This document shows positions 39,098-53,181 of a stretch of 64,000 nt of DNA, in pieces (within the stretch, counting starts at the first letter, position 1; each line of letters begins with the position of its first letter). This DNA is from Marsupella aquatica (taxonomy: Eukaryota; Plantae; Marchantiophyta). Position numbers and translations under genes: made by a program. The stretch lies in assembly GCA_973895155.1 (NCBI GenBank), contig OZ316893.1:11413660-11477659 (forward strand). The letters run 5' to 3'. Under the pieces are notes generated by a model, which had not been told where the DNA came from, did not search any database, and saw only the letters and a list, made by a program, of their open reading frames with translations.

Positions 39098-40070
39098 AAT
39101 TTTGCCAAATTTTATTCACCTCACTCAAACGTTTTTCGCCGCTTTTAGCTAATAAAAACGGTGTTTGGCCACTCGTGAAAGAATAAGAGGTTTATCAACC
39201 TCAAACAAAGTACAATGAAATTAAAGAAAAAAGTGGTACAAATAAAAAGAGGTCTAAAGTGGCCAAACACCAAACAAGTAAACAACAGAAGGAAATGCAA
39301 ACCTAAAAACTAAAGAAAATGAAAGGGAATAATGTCAAATTCCACCTCACTCAAGAATTTTCCACTCTTTCGGCTGAAAACGTTTTTGGACAATTATTAG
39401 TTCAAATTGGCCAAATTCGACCTCTCCTTAAAAATCTGGCCACTTTTGGCTAGAACTCTTTCAATATTTCCACCTCGCTTTTAAGAATGTGGCCACTTGT
39501 AGCAAAGATTGGCAGGTATTTTATCTTCTCTTGGAGCATCCACGCTCAAAAGGGGGAATATATACAAACTTTTTATAGAAAGGGACCCAACAGAATACAA
39601 AAGAACAAACAAAAGAGGGTCCAAGTGGACAAAACCAAACGTAACAAAAATGAGCAATAGGAAACCAGTAAAAACCAAGAAAGAGTAACTAAAACTAAAC
39701 TCTCAAAACATTTTGGACACTTTTAACTCAAATTTCACTCCACTTTTAAGAATTTGCCACTTTTGGCTAGAGCTGGTCTAATTCTACCTCACTTTAGTAA
39801 CTGTGCCGACTTCTAGCTAAAAATGCCTGCTGGTTAAAATTGGACATGTGTTTTGTCTTCTATTGGACCATCCACTTTTAGATCAAAACGTTTTGGACAC
39901 TTTCAGCTCAAATTCGCCAACTTCCACCACACTAAAAAACTCTGGCCACTTTGAAGTAAACCTCGCCAATTTCCACCTCACTTAAAAAAATGTGGCCACT
40001 TGTAGCTAACAACGTTTAGGATGCCGTTGGGTAAAATTGGACAGGTATTTTGTCTTCTATTGGAGCATCC
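39098..40070. repeat. AT-rich degenerate array of recurring motifs
   Basis: Many copies of aattccacctcactt, (c/g)tggccactt(t/g)t(g/a)gcta and ttttgtcttctattgga.catcc. Confidence 0.7.
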
Positions 40071-41636
40071 CCTACGCTACTGGGTTTGGTTATTGTACCG
40101 AGGTGTTGATCACACTCATTCATTTCAGGTCCAACCCATTCATTGTAATGCTATGGGTTTTGTTGTTGTACTAATGTGTTGACCATACTCACTAAAGAAA
40201 ATGCAAAATTGCAGGCCCAACCCATTCATTGTAAGGCTATGGGTTTCCAGGGACCAAATTTTATGGTTAGTGGATCCGTGTGTCCAATAGATTATACAAT
40301 AGATGACTGGTTCATTGTTGGGTTTTACAAGATGGCAATCGCTCATAGTAAATTGTTGGTCTCTACTGTTTAATTAAATGATCCCTTAAGGGTTGGGCTG
40401 CTTTTCAGTTGGTCCTGATAACTATGTACAGTCAACTAAAGCAAGGACCTTGTCAACCTGGGTATTGAATGTACCGAGCAATTAAAACCCCATACCGTTG
40501 CATATGATTTTTGCCAGTTTCTCGCCAAAGAACCTATAGCCAGAATCCTATTCCTCCTAATCAAAAACTTTTAGCAGTTTCTAGCCAGAGACCCCATGGC
40601 CAGAATCTGATCTTAAATTTAGGGAGATCTAATGGTGATATTAAAACTTAAAAAATAGATAAGGGCTATTCTTTGCATTTTCTCTTCACAACAAGCCAAA
40701 AACCTTAAAAATTAAGCTGATGACTATATGAATTCAGCAGCGATGATTTCTTTTTTATATTTTTTATTGAGTTGAACTGGCAAATGCTCTCAAGGGCGAG
40801 AAAACCCTGGTGAGACCCACCTAATGCTTAAGTCCAAATAATACTACAATTCTCGAAAGTTGTTACATCTGTCCTGATGTTAAAGGAAGAGGGTAATCAC
40901 ATATTCAAAGATCTGGCAAATCCAATTGCAGCTAAAGGCAAAATTTCGCTTTTTCTCCCCTTATTTTCTTTGTATCATTTGCAGGTAGGCGGAGATTTTG
41001 CCCCAATTTTATGGGAGGCATTCACTATTTCAACTCCCTCACAAGAGAATCATTGCTGCTGACTCGTGCTCCCTCTCCCCTAATCTGACTCAGCAAGGAG
41101 TTGACATTTCCAACCTCCTGCCCTGGACTTGAGGGGGGCTTCACAACAAATTAAAGAACTTGGAGGCAGTCAAATTGTTTGAGTGTCTGAGATGCAATTG
41201 TAACCATTCAAATGTAGGAACACATCAAACTTCACTTTCCATGAACTTGGGAGGACAATGTTGCAAAACCATTACACATCCTAGTCACCTGCTAGTGGGC
41301 CCCAAAATGATCCTTTTGGGCTGATGTTGCAATGCTAATTTATCAAATAAGCAGACCAGGTGGTCTAAAGATTGAACAGTTTGTTCCATTTCTGTTCAGG
41401 ATCTTGCAATTATTTTCACCACACTCATCTTGGCTCAGGCATTTTAACTTCAGTGTATGGAATGGACCTTATGGTTGCAATCTGCAAGGACTTTTTGTTG
41501 CCCCTTAACCTTGGCAGCATCCCAACGGAACAAGCAAGACCAAACAAATTGTAAATCCATACCCTCAAATCTAATAGTGGCGGCCCAAATGGAAAAGGGT
41601 CCCATAATCTGCTTTGGCTCTTGTTAAATCATCAGT

Positions 41637-41684
41637 TGTGTGTGTGTGTATGTGTGTGTGTGTGGGGGGGGGGGGGGGGGGGGG
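41637..41684. repeat. (TG)n followed by a run of about 21 G
   Basis: Direct reading. Confidence 0.9.
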
Positions 41685-42499
41685 AGTGGGCGCGGCGGCA
41701 TTCACTCTCGACTCCAAAGCTTGAGGGCTGCGCTCAAATGACAATCAACCAATATTATCTCTAATGTTTTGGTAGACTTGAGGGTGGAGACCATCAGCTG
41801 GGTTGGAGAGAGAGAGAGCCCTGAACACTCACATTCCACTTGTACATACATTGGTGAATCATGGCAACCCCAATGGCAACATGATGAGTCATTTCTGAGT
41901 GCATAGTAAGTTACTCTGATGGGGGCTGTCAGTAGTTCTCCAGGCAAAGTTTGACACCTCCAATATAGTAAGTACCTACTCACTCCAATGGGTAATCTTC
42001 ATGAGTTTTTCAACAGTTTTAACAACTAACCTGAATGCTCCCCAGGTACTCCCTACAATAGTCTAAATATGAAAAACATGTTATCTGAACAATTGCAAGC
42101 TATGTCGTCATGAGAGGTAGACGGAGATAGCAAAATTCACATAGAATATACTCTGCCGACCACACCATGTACCATGCGCTCCCCTTATTTCTTTTTCTTA
42201 TACAAAAAAGGCAACATCAACGTAAGAGTAAAACACCCAAAAGCAGGAAAGGTGACAAAAAGTACATTCCCCTATTTGTATACTGGGCAAAATTCCCCTC
42301 AAAACTACAGTACAGCAGATGACAGTACTGGCCACCGTACGGTAACTATGGTAGTAATGACTACTGCAGTCAGTGGGAGGTTCGAACCGTGAGAATCTGC
42401 TGGTTGCCACCGCTCACGCAATTTGGGAGGGTACGGTCCATTAGCTGACTCCTACAGGATAGATTACCTCCCCCCACTTGCTTCTGGTTAATGAAAAAT

Positions 42500-44118
42500 A
42501 AGCATCAAAATACTTGATGGCCCATCTACAGTAGCTAAAGATATTCCTAACCCTTCAAATATACTTAATGGGCCCCTTGTCCCTTTAACCCTTTCTCAGG
42601 ACCAGTCATATTATTTTTTCTATTCTTTTAATGTAACATGACTGGACTATGTCAGTCTATCAGATATACTATCTAGAAGCAATTTTTAGTGTATTCTTAT
42701 TTAAAATACTTATATAACATATGTGCAAAGTAATTAGCTCCTGTCACTCTCATATTCATTTTAAATCACTCTTGCACAGAAAGTAGGGAGTACTTATTTT
42801 CTTTACTTATTCCCTAACAATTACTAAAAGATTAGATTAGACATGGAGAAATGTTTAAAAGTTTTGATGAGTTTAATGGTTGCCTTCATTCAAGGAATGT
42901 CCTGCATGGGAGGGCTTCTGCCTGGTTGAAAACAAAATACATGTTTCATGTTCATGTTTGTCGTTTTGGAACCACTTTCCAAAGGTCTTGTAGCAAGGTT
43001 AAGGGAGACCACCCTGAGGCTTGTGAGGACCAATCAGATTGCAGAAGGGACCCTGAGGATTGTGGAGATGACAATGGTGGCTATTGTTAGGTATTTATTC
43101 AAGGTCTAGGGTTACAACATGTAACCAAAGTTAGGCTAACCGTAGTTGGAGATGTGGTTAGGTTAACTAGAATGTCCACTATATGTCAAACAATGTTTGC
43201 TTGGATAAGTGAAACTTAGGCTCATTGTTACGGATCCAATCGAGAGATAGAGAGAGTTTGTGCTATGAAAACTTGGTATGGCCGGTCGGTCTAGAGTGCA
43301 ATAAAGCTCTTGTGTGTTCCCGTGGACGTAGCCTCATGTGGAGGTGAATCACATATCTCTCTGTGTCGACTACTTGATCGTTGGATGTGTCATGTGCTTA
43401 CCGTTGCGATCATTGTTTATGCTCAATAGCTATTGCGTAAATTGCCTGAAATACTCTACCTAGGTGCTCACACCTAAATAACAAATATCACACAAATGAC
43501 ACCAAGGAAATGCTCACGTCTAGGATGAATATTTCCAAAAATGTTTTTGGAAAAATAGTATCAAAGAATTGTTTAACTCCCACATGATTTATTTGCAAAA
43601 AACAACTTCTAAAAAATAGCACCCAAAACCATGGTTCACCTTCCTATAGTTCAGGTAAGACTGTGCTTTGAAGGAATACTTTCAGGGTATGAGTAATTTC
43701 AAAAAATGGAGAGAAAATAACTAAGGAGAACAAAAATTAGGTACCTTAAGTACTACTTCCCTTGCATAAGTATTTCAAAACATGAAACAACTGAATATGG
43801 GAGTGAGAAGTGCTAAATAATTCATACATAAATTATATACTAATTTTCAAATAAGAGTACACTGAATTGCTTCTAGACACTACATTTGGTGGACTCACGT
43901 AGATAGTTGTATAGTATGTTCGAATTCAAAAATGGAAAAAATAATATGACAGGTCCTGACAAAGGGTTACAGGGACAAGTGGCTCCATTAAGTATATTTG
44001 AAAAGTTAGGGGCTCCTCAGCAATATCTTTAGCTAGAGGGGCCATTAAGTATATTTGAAAAGTTTGGGGCTCGTGGCGAATATCTTTAGCTAGAGGGCCC
44101 CATCAAATATTTTGCTGG
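42500..44118. mobile_element. Non-autonomous element with long diverged terminal inverted repeats (Mutator-like/foldback)
   Basis: About 42500-42820 is the reverse complement of about 43710-44118; e.g. cttgtccctttaaccctttctcaggaccagtcatattattttttc vs gaaaaaataatatgacaggtcctgacaaagggttacagggacaag, and tctagaagcaatt vs aattgcttctaga. Exact ends and TSD not resolved. Confidence 0.7.
43085..43428 (+). mobile_element. Solo LTR (family B) nested in the TIR element
   Basis: TGTTAGG...CTCAATA (terminal CA mutated); TSD GCTAT at 43080-43084 and 43429-43433; homologous to 14737-15081. Confidence 0.9.
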
Positions 44119-45548
44119 AAAAATACGCAAAATTGCTAGCGAAATACTTTTCCCCGGATCTGATGGGTTCTGATGTCCAGGTAATAATTTAAAAGTTGAT
44201 CGGGTCCCAGCGACCCACTTGCAGCAGGCTAAAGTGGCCCTAACACTGAAATAAAGGGAATGACTACAGTAACTCATTTATTTCTGGGCATGGTCAAATG
44301 GAACTTATTACTTCTTTGTTTGTTGTGACATTTCATTTGAATGAAGACAAGGGAAGTCCTGTACCATTGAGGTTACCTATAAGGGTTCGCTGCTGGCCAT
44401 TAATTATGTGTGACATTTTTAAAAAAAAAATTCCAGCAATTTACAATTACTAAACAGAAAGAAAGAAGCAGGTTCCACGGCTCTTCTCTTTGGTTAGGGT
44501 CTTCATGATGGGTCATTTATTAAAGTCACAGGGACTGATGGCAATGGCATAAGACTAATTTGCAAAAAGTTATGGACTATGAATTTCATATAACTACAGT
44601 AGGGAGTTAAGGTACATCAAAGTGAGTTTTGAGTTGTCCTAGCTTTGAGAGGCCTTAATGTTTTTTAATGGTGAGCACAAAATATATTTGGATGTAAAGG
44701 GTAAACCATGATCAATGGGCTAGGAATCTACATTTGCCTCATCTATCACACATCAGATTATTAGTGCTAACATTCACTCACTTCTATGAGTAGCATATTC
44801 ACCTCGAGCTTCACCATTTAATAGTGGTCTGTAGCTCTTTTGGATTTTAGTGATTATTGGCAGGTTACAGCTGGTTCCTGGTTCCCCTAGGCTATTGGAA
44901 GCAAAAAAAGTTCTGAGTGTCACTAGAGGCAGCTGAACCCCACTTTTTGGGGGTTAGAACCAGGCTTTGTAATCAAAGAAACTTTTGGGGGGTTATGTGT
45001 GTAAAGTCTGCTCAAATCAAAAAGAGTTCTGAGTGAGCACGCGCAATATGACAGCATTTAATGTGAATCCTGTTTTTTTTATAGAAGTAAATTAACATTC
45101 CCTCGCATGGTGAATCAGCTCTAACTTTTCTTTGCGTCGAACAAATAGAGAGACATATGCTTGATGGGCCCTCTGGTGAAACATTTTTTACTTGATGGGC
45201 CCAATGAAACATTTTTTACCCAATAGGCCCCTACAAATTTATTTTTTACCTAATAGTCCCCCTCTTAATGAGCCGTACTCAGTGTTCTTGTGAGGTGCCA
45301 AACTGTGTAGTTAACCACAACGAAATTCTAAATAGGGCGGGGGCAGGTTTAACCATGAAGACATATTGCATTATGTATTCCGAGCTTGATGCCTATTTCT
45401 TAGTGACAGAAACAAGTGCCCAATGGCCAGTGACAAAAAAAGTGCTAGTGGAAATACCAGGATCATAATGACCACACAGTCATGTCCTCCAAATTGATAG
45501 TCGCAGATCGAAAACATCAAGAAAACAGCATGTGAAAGTAAGCCCTAT

Positions 45549-45880
45549 TGTTAAGGATTGCTCTTAGTCTTGTGACTCATAGGTTACGGCACTTAGGCTA
45601 ACCACAGTTAGGATCTTAGCCGAGGTTAGGTTAGTTGTGTGTGACCTTGTATATACCAGGGCTAGTGTAAGCCGCTGGTGTGTGGTGCTTACTCATTGTA
45701 ATAGAGCAACTTGAGGAAGAGGGAGAGGATGTGTGTTCGTCTACTCTTGAAGTAAAGCTTGAGTGTTCATGTGGACGTAGCCTTGGAGAAAAGATGAACC
45801 ACGTAGAGATTGTGTCGACTACGTGTGCATGGAATGAATCATGGTTGTATGGTCGTTGCGAATGACATCTTAGTTCAACA
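45549..45880 (+). mobile_element. Solo LTR (diverged family B variant)
   Basis: TGTTAAGG...TTCAACA; TSD CCTAT at 45544-45548 and 45881-45885; shares the GTGGACGTAGCC...GAACCAC...TGTGTCGACTA core. Confidence 0.88.
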
Positions 45881-46534
45881 CCTATGACTACCCCGTGTTA
45901 TAGTAAAAATTCAAATCCAAAGACATAATCCATATTGTCTTCACTACGCAGTTTGGGTAGCGGCGACCGCAATTTTGCGATTCTTATAACCCCGTTATTT
46001 GACCATTTTGTTCGACTGCGCAAGGTTGGGTGTGGGGTTCAACAGTGCACTTGGTCATTGTATCAAGAAAAAATTGGTTAGATGCAAAAGTGTAAAAGGG
46101 AGCCTATTAGATAAAAAAAAGTTTTGAAAGAACCATCAGGTCAGGTAAGAAAGTTACGCCAGAGATCCCATCTAGCATATACATACACAAATACACCTCG
46201 TACTACAAAGCGAAGTGCATGAGCTCGTTCCTGGAAAGGCTGGAAATGTAGACTGCTGTCACCTCACGCCAAAGATTAGCTGACCGAAATTGGGCCAAGG
46301 TCAATCGCCCTTAGCGTGATCCATAAATCTGTAGCACCGCACATTGCACGAGAAGAAGGTGTGACACTTCGTGATTGTCCCCGCCATGCTCTCAGCCAGC
46401 CAGTCAAGTCAGTTCACCAAATCCTCAAAGAAGACGAGTGATATCGAGCTGACGAACTGTCAACAGTTGCTCACTCACACCATTGAGGAACTACACAGTG
46501 TGCGCGCTCTTACAGCAAACCTTGGACAGTCGGA

Positions 46535-46865
46535 GCAGTTTTCAATGGATGTTCTGCGAAATGTGAATAGACAGAGCACATAAGTGCATAACTATCAGTA
46601 CTGGTGGCAGATTCCTTCAGAGCATTGTGGCTGGGGACACAATTTACTATTTTACTCGGACAGCCGGACCCGTTGTTTAGGAATGTTTCTGCAGCACGTG
46701 AATAGAAAGAGCACACAAGTGTAGAACACAGACTGCCGGGAGTGACAGCAGATTCCTTCACAGCATTGAGGCTGAGGAGACAATTTACTCGGCCGGTCCC
46801 GTCTTTTGAGGATGTTCTGCAAAATGTGAATAGAAAGAGCACACAAGTGCACAACGATCAGCACA
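46535..46865. repeat. Tandem repeat of about 135 bp, about 2.5 copies
   Basis: gatgttctgc.aaatgtgaataga.agagcaca.aagtg and gcagattccttca.agcattg recur. Confidence 0.8.
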
Positions 46866-49141
46866 GTCATCGTTCTGTCTACTATAGTGGAGAAGTGACA
46901 TTCGGCGTATGATTTTTGTTTGGCATAATTGGAAGAGAAATTATGGTGTCGTGGCAGAGATCCCCATGAAGCTCCTTTATTAGCAGAGCAAACAGACGGA
47001 TTCTCCATCATCATGCTCGGGACCAATATTAAACATGGTTGGCTTATGTTTCATTGACCGACTGACCTTAATTTGGGGATATGCTAGATGGAGAATGATA
47101 GAGGGAAGAAGACTTTGGCCTTGTTTGAGTAAAAGAGTAATATTTACGGTGAAATTTATAAGTAAGCAACGTGTTAGTTTCTTGCATGCCAAAAATGCAC
47201 TTTAATTGTTGTTTCCCCAGTTGGCTCTATATGCTTGTCCTGATTTGATTTCTCATTTTGTGGTGACATCTGACTACCAAAATTGAGAGAGTTGTCCGTT
47301 CTGGGAAATTATCTATTATTCTCTTGTTTGGGTAGAAACCTTTAGGGTTTAGGGTTTAAAAACTTCAACCAATTGCCCAATGCATATGGCTCCAAGAGTC
47401 ACTAAAACTGAAAATGAAGCTCCTATGGACCAAGCAGGGAACCCTACAACACATATGAACTGGAACACCTCTTACACCTTCACTCAATGGCACCCTTATT
47501 GTTTCTAAGACATTTCCAGCAGCAAAGTTTGACCTTCAATAATCCCCTCTATATCCAATGGAATCTGTTTCTTGGGGGTTTGTTAGAAACGGCTTGGTAA
47601 GATATTTCCAATGATCCTATTACGATCAATGGGATAATCAGATGCATTGAATTTTGAGAGACCTAAAGAATTCTAAAGTTGACTTCTAAAGCTGAGTGGT
47701 GTGTTTGGAATTTAACTTCCTCCCCATTTCCTGAAACAACCAACATACTTTTCCAGACACCAGTTTTTGGACATCACATTTTGCACTAGGACCCACAATG
47801 TTTACAGTAATTACTCTTGCACGAATCTGATAAACCCTAAGGCAGCCAACGAGGCATTGAACTACTGTAAGGACGTTCAGTTTTGTGCATGCCCTTCTTT
47901 GAAATCTTGATATTTTTACCTTTCAAAGTTTAGATCTATGCCATAAATGATTCCCTACATTTCAATTTTTGCTCTGAAAACAGTGTTTTAACTTTAAAAT
48001 TGGAAGATTATCCCTAAATATGCATGGTAAATTTGTTCCGTTTCATAAAAGCACCTTCAAATCTCAATAATTACTTATTTATTGAACAAACCTGATTGTC
48101 AATAGGGTATGTTAGAGCATCTCCAGCGGTCCTTTAAAATAGTCTTTAATCTCCATGTCATGCCGAGGGACAGTGCCGCTTGTGCACATCGGCATGTCCC
48201 TCGCATGCCCGCTAGGTATGGTTAGGGCTAGTGTACTACTTGAGTTAGTGTCATGTTCTTGTAGCGAGTCTGGGCTGTTCTTGAAGCAAAAGGGGTTTGT
48301 TAGTGTGACGCCTGGACCCGGTCCTACTTAGGGCATGTTTTTCTCTGCCATTCTTCAGTTCTTCTTGAATTGCTGTGAGACAGAGTTTTTCAGAGGCTGC
48401 TCGTCGGTTCCGTACACGGAATTCACACAGTGATTCGTTAGATGCTCCCGGCCGATCTTGGCATCTCGCCGGTTTTCGATTCGATTTCAGTACAATTGTT
48501 TCTCTTACGCCTTTTATTCAAGAAGAACTGTCGAGTTAGCGGTGAAGGGAAGAAAATTGCTCGTGACGATTTCGACAATTTCTGGTGAAGCCATTGCAAT
48601 TTCTTTGACGGACATCGGAGTGACGAGTTAAAAGTTATGGGTTTATTGTGGTGTTATGTGTATACTTAAGTGTATACACATAACAAGGGGGCCCAGGTTT
48701 TTTTTTTCCGGCCGCAACCTTCTTTGTCACCTACATCGGCGACTTGCTGCTGACTGCACAGGCCGTTGCGCCCCCGCTCGCATTTTTATGACACTTTGGG
48801 GGGGCCCCTTTTTCGTTAGTTTTATGGTCGCATTCCCGGCCACGGCTGCCGGCGAGTTTGCCTCGGCCACCTCGCGACTACCTCGCGACTGCATAGGACC
48901 GAGCCCCTATTACATCCTTACGTTTTCGGCCATGCGCCTCCCCTCGGCACTTCTCCCCTTCCCGGGCATTTTCGTTTCATCTCGTTTTCCGATGCACTTG
49001 CCAGCTTCCTGCCATTACAATTAAAACAGGGGAGAAGGAGCGAGAACCAAGGGCACGAGGCCCTATGGAGAATAAAGGAGGAGGGGGAGTTGAAGCGAAA
49101 GCAGGGCACGAGGCCCTAGGCAGCTCTGAAGCATTAAAGAG

Positions 49142-49485
49142 TGTTGAGCATAGACGACATTCGCAACGGCAAGCCCATGAACCATCCAACGCACAATAGT
49201 CGACACAGAGAGATACGTGGTTCACCTCCACATGAGGCTACGTCCACGGGAACACACAAGAGCTTTACTGCACTCTAGGCCGATCGGCCATACCAAGCAT
49301 ACACAGCACAAGCTCTCCCTATCTCTCAACTAGCTCCGTAACAATGAGCCTAAGTTCCACCAGGGTCTGGCATCAGCCCTGGCTATATGCACAACAGCAC
49401 TAGCGCTAACATTAGCTAAGTCCTAACCCGAGTTAGACTAACTGTGGTTAGCTCATGAGTCACAAGACTAGAGCAATATCTAACA
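49142..49485 (-). mobile_element. Solo LTR (family B) inserted antisense in the gypsy leader
   Basis: The minus strand reads TGTTAGA...CTCAACA; TSD AAGAG at 49137-49141 and 49486-49490. Confidence 0.92.
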
Positions 49486-50070
49486 AAGAGGGGGGGGGAG
49501 TACATTCGACTCCCTCTCTCGGAAGTCCTCCTGCAGGGCACGAAGCCCTTAATTCAGCTTTAAAGAGGGGGGGGGAGTACTCGCGACTCCTCTCTCGGGA
49601 GTCACTCGCTGCCAGGGCACAAGGCCCAAAAGGGGGATAGGGGGAGCTCATAGTGGGGCATGAAGCCCTATGCAGGGCCCGAGCCATTAAGTTGTCACCT
49701 CGCCTCAGCCTCGCCTCGCCTCGCCCTGCAGCATAGGGTACCGTGCCTCCCGAGTGTGCGTACACCTGCTTCTTTCCGGCCTCTTTTTCTTCCAGGGAGC
49801 CCGACGATGTATCCACATTGGGCACCGACCGGTGCCCTTTATGTGTATACACAGACCCCTGTCTATACACATAACGGAGGCCCCTTTTGGCCGTTTCCTC
49901 TTGTTTTCTTTCCATTCATTTTCTTGTGAGCATATTTTCGACAGGGCCGGTCTACACATTTCTGCCTCGCAGTGTTGTTTCCTTTGTGGGTTACATTTCA
50001 TAGCCTTGGGGTTGCCACACCTTTTTCTTGTCAGTTTCTTTCCTATTGGCACCCCGGGTGAGCATGCAGC

Positions 50071-52900
50071 ATGTCAGCAGAGGAGCCGAGTCGTAGCAGC
50101 TCATCGCCACCGACACCCCGGTACCACTTACGGAGTGATCCACGACCGTTGGTGCCAATTTCATTGGAGTCTCGGCAATTTCAACGACGTCCACAGACAG
50201 CAGCAGCACCCACACCACGCAATCCTCCTGCTACATTTGGCGGTCGCTTCACCATTACTCCGAAGCCTGCTATCACTTCATTGCCATTTACCCCTTCTGC
50301 ATCAGTGGTTGTTCTAGCTTCACCGACATACAGCATGGATGCTAGCCACTCATCTGGCCGCATTGAGCGCTTCAGCGGGCGGCCAGGCACTGTTTCTTTA
50401 TGTGAGTTCAAATCCACTTTCTACACTGTCGTTTATGAATTGGAGTTGAAGTACGGCAGCAATTTCACAAATGCTTTTGCATTTAAGCAGCTAGCCAGGT
50501 ATGTGCACCACGAGGCTTTGGATGTGTATGAGCAGCATTCTCAACGGCTACTTGCTGTCACACAGTTGCCTAACCCTACCTATGCCAGTGCAATTGCGGC
50601 TGCCTCACAACTGGCATTACAGAATGCCATTGCAGCCCATGCTGCTGCTCCTGCCACTTCCCCTCCTACTCCAGTTCCCACCACTGCACCAGTTACTCCC
50701 ACTGTCTTGGCACAGGCTACATCAGGCATTTCTCCCACCATTGATTCCCCTGCCTTTGCTGATCCAGTGGCTGAGTTTTTCCAGGTTCTTGAATTGGAAT
50801 TCCCAATCAAGAGTGCTGACAAAATCATGCAGTTGGCCACCTTTGTGAGGCAGCGCGATGAAACATTGAAGATGCTGTATCGCCGGCTTCTCAAGCTGAA
50901 GGAAGACACCCAGAGCATCACTGACCTGGAAGCTGCACATCGCTATCTTCGTGCATTGGAGGGCACACCAGCTCTCCACTCGCAAGTGTTGCAGCAAGTA
51001 TTCTCAGAGTTTGGAGACAGCTACACCTTGCTCAATGTCTATGACACTTCTGAGAAACTTGAGTTGGCCCATGCACATTATGAAGCCAGTATTGCGCGTC
51101 CACCGCGATCCAGGTACCAGGTTGCTGCCCCTACACTGGCCACTCCTTCCCGTGTGCCACAGTATGGTTCCAAGACCAAGCCAGTACATGCTGCTTTCAT
51201 GCTGCCATCTTGCAACTACTGTGGTAACCCCAATCACAAGGCTAATGAATGTGATATTGTTGTTGAGGACCTGTCTTGTGATTTTTGCGGAAAAGTGGGC
51301 CACTTGGAGGCAGTTTGTTTTGCCAAATTCCCAGAGAGGAAGCAGCTACGACAGCAGGCCCCTCATCCTGCTCCTGCTTCCACTCCCCCACCAGCTAGGA
51401 GGGCTCCTATTGCCTCAGTTGCTCCTCCTTCCAGTGGCAAAGCACCCGGTGCCAACAAACCGCCCAAGCAGCAACAGAAGCAACCAGCTCAGAAGGAGGC
51501 TCACAACGCACAGGCAACTCAACTCCAGTCTTTGACTCATGAGGTTGAGTCCCTACGTGCCCAACTTGCCAACATCAAAGGCAAGTCAACTGCCTCTGCT
51601 GGTCCTTCTCAACCGGCTGGTCACGTGCAACCCATCCCTGGCCCCGGCACCACTGACAGTTCAGCCCCTCTACCCCGCTCTTTCTATGGCTTGCCATTTG
51701 ATGCTCATATGGGTGAGTGTGTATTGTCCTCTGCTACACAACCTGGCCTTACAGCAGAATTTTCAGATTCATTCTGCCCTTCCTATTTTGCATACCAGCA
51801 GGCCAGTGCTGCCTCCCGTATTGCTCCCACACGCCGCATTGTACAGGCTGATGGTCTTGCTGCTGGTCCTATGACTAGAGCCAGGGGAGCTCGGGCTGTC
51901 ATGCCCCAATCTTTTCAGCCACTCACACTTGCTGAAGAGCGCACCTTGTTGGCGAGGGGGGAGGGAGCTGCAGCTACATCCATTCCACCACCAGGTGCTG
52001 CTGACATTTCACAGGGAGTTGTTTTTCCTGCGCTGCTTGAGCACTTCACCTCCGGTATGGCACAAAGGATTCTTACCACTCCACTTTTCAGTTGCCATGA
52101 TTTACAGCTGGATGCTAGAACTGTCATCAGAGCGCTAGAGGGCTCACTGCATTCTTCATCAGCCCCTGTGACACCGGTTTTGGAGGTCCAATCTCATGTA
52201 AATATTGGACCTTCTTCTTCTCCATTGCATGCTTCCACTGGTTTGGCTATCCTAGTACCGATTTCCAGTGGTAGAGATGACAATATTGCTGCAGATTGTG
52301 TGACGAGAGCTACACTTGATTCTGGTCATGTTGCTCCATCTTTCCTGGCTATGCTGTTGAGTGGGAAGACCGTGGACACTAACTCCCTTCACAAGGTACC
52401 TCATCATTTGCCAAAAGTGGTGCCTAGTGACAGGACTTTAGTTTCCACCACCATTGCCATTGTTGACAACAGGAATTCAGCAGTCAAGTTGGAGGGTCAC
52501 ACTCCTCAGGTGGTCATGCTAGACACAGGTGCTCAACCAGTAATCTTGGGCATTCAGTTTGCCAAGAAGATGGGACTGTTGACTGATCATTTACAGCCAT
52601 CCAAGTGACATATTTGGACTGCTAGTGGCACTGTGGAGGATGTGCTGGGTGAGAGTTCTACTTTACTCACTCTCACTTTTAATGGAGGTACAGATCAGGA
52701 ACTGCATTTCCCAGTCAGATGTTTGGTTACCAATGCCACTACGTATGATGTGCTCATTGGCCAGGAGGCTTTGTTCCCACCAGGTTTTACCATTGACAAC
52801 TGGCATGAGCATGCATACTACAGAGTTGATTGGCATACGGATGGCTCACACTTGGGATACATTCCACTGGATTTGCATGGTGCCCATACCCCTATGGCTC
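50071..52900 (+). pseudogene. Gag (two CCHC knuckles) and aspartic protease of the gypsy element
   Basis: CNYCGNPNHKANEC and CDFCGKVGHLEAVC from 51211; VMLDTGAQPVILG at about 52513; YDVLIG. One in-frame TGA at 52606; the frame continues as HIWTASGTVEDVLGE. Confidence 0.88.
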
Positions 52901-53181
52901 ACCACTGTGTGTTGAAAGCAGTGCACACAACTACCTATGTCAACCACCCATTCCAGGATTGGATTGAGGAGGATGATGATGAGGTGGCTACTGCACATGC
53001 TGCTGCACGTATAGCAGCACTTTCCAGCAACGTGGATCATCAACCAGAGGTGGTACAACGGCTCCAAGCAGCCCATGGACCTTTGGTGGCTGCATTGCAC
53101 AAATTTGAGGACCTTGGGCAGCATCATGGACAACCAATAGCCCCAATCTTGAGCGCACCAGTTACATGGACTCCTCCTTCA

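Noticed and set aside
47341-47357. TTTAGGG telomere-like repeats
   Set aside because: Only about two units; too short to call an interstitial telomere.
48112-48160. TTAGAGCATCTCC, resembling a Tourist/Harbinger MITE end
   Set aside because: No matching opposite end found in the window.
50047-50062. TGGCACCCCGGGTGAG as a possible gypsy PBS
   Set aside because: Not preceded by an LTR-ending CA, and I cannot assign a plant tRNA to it.
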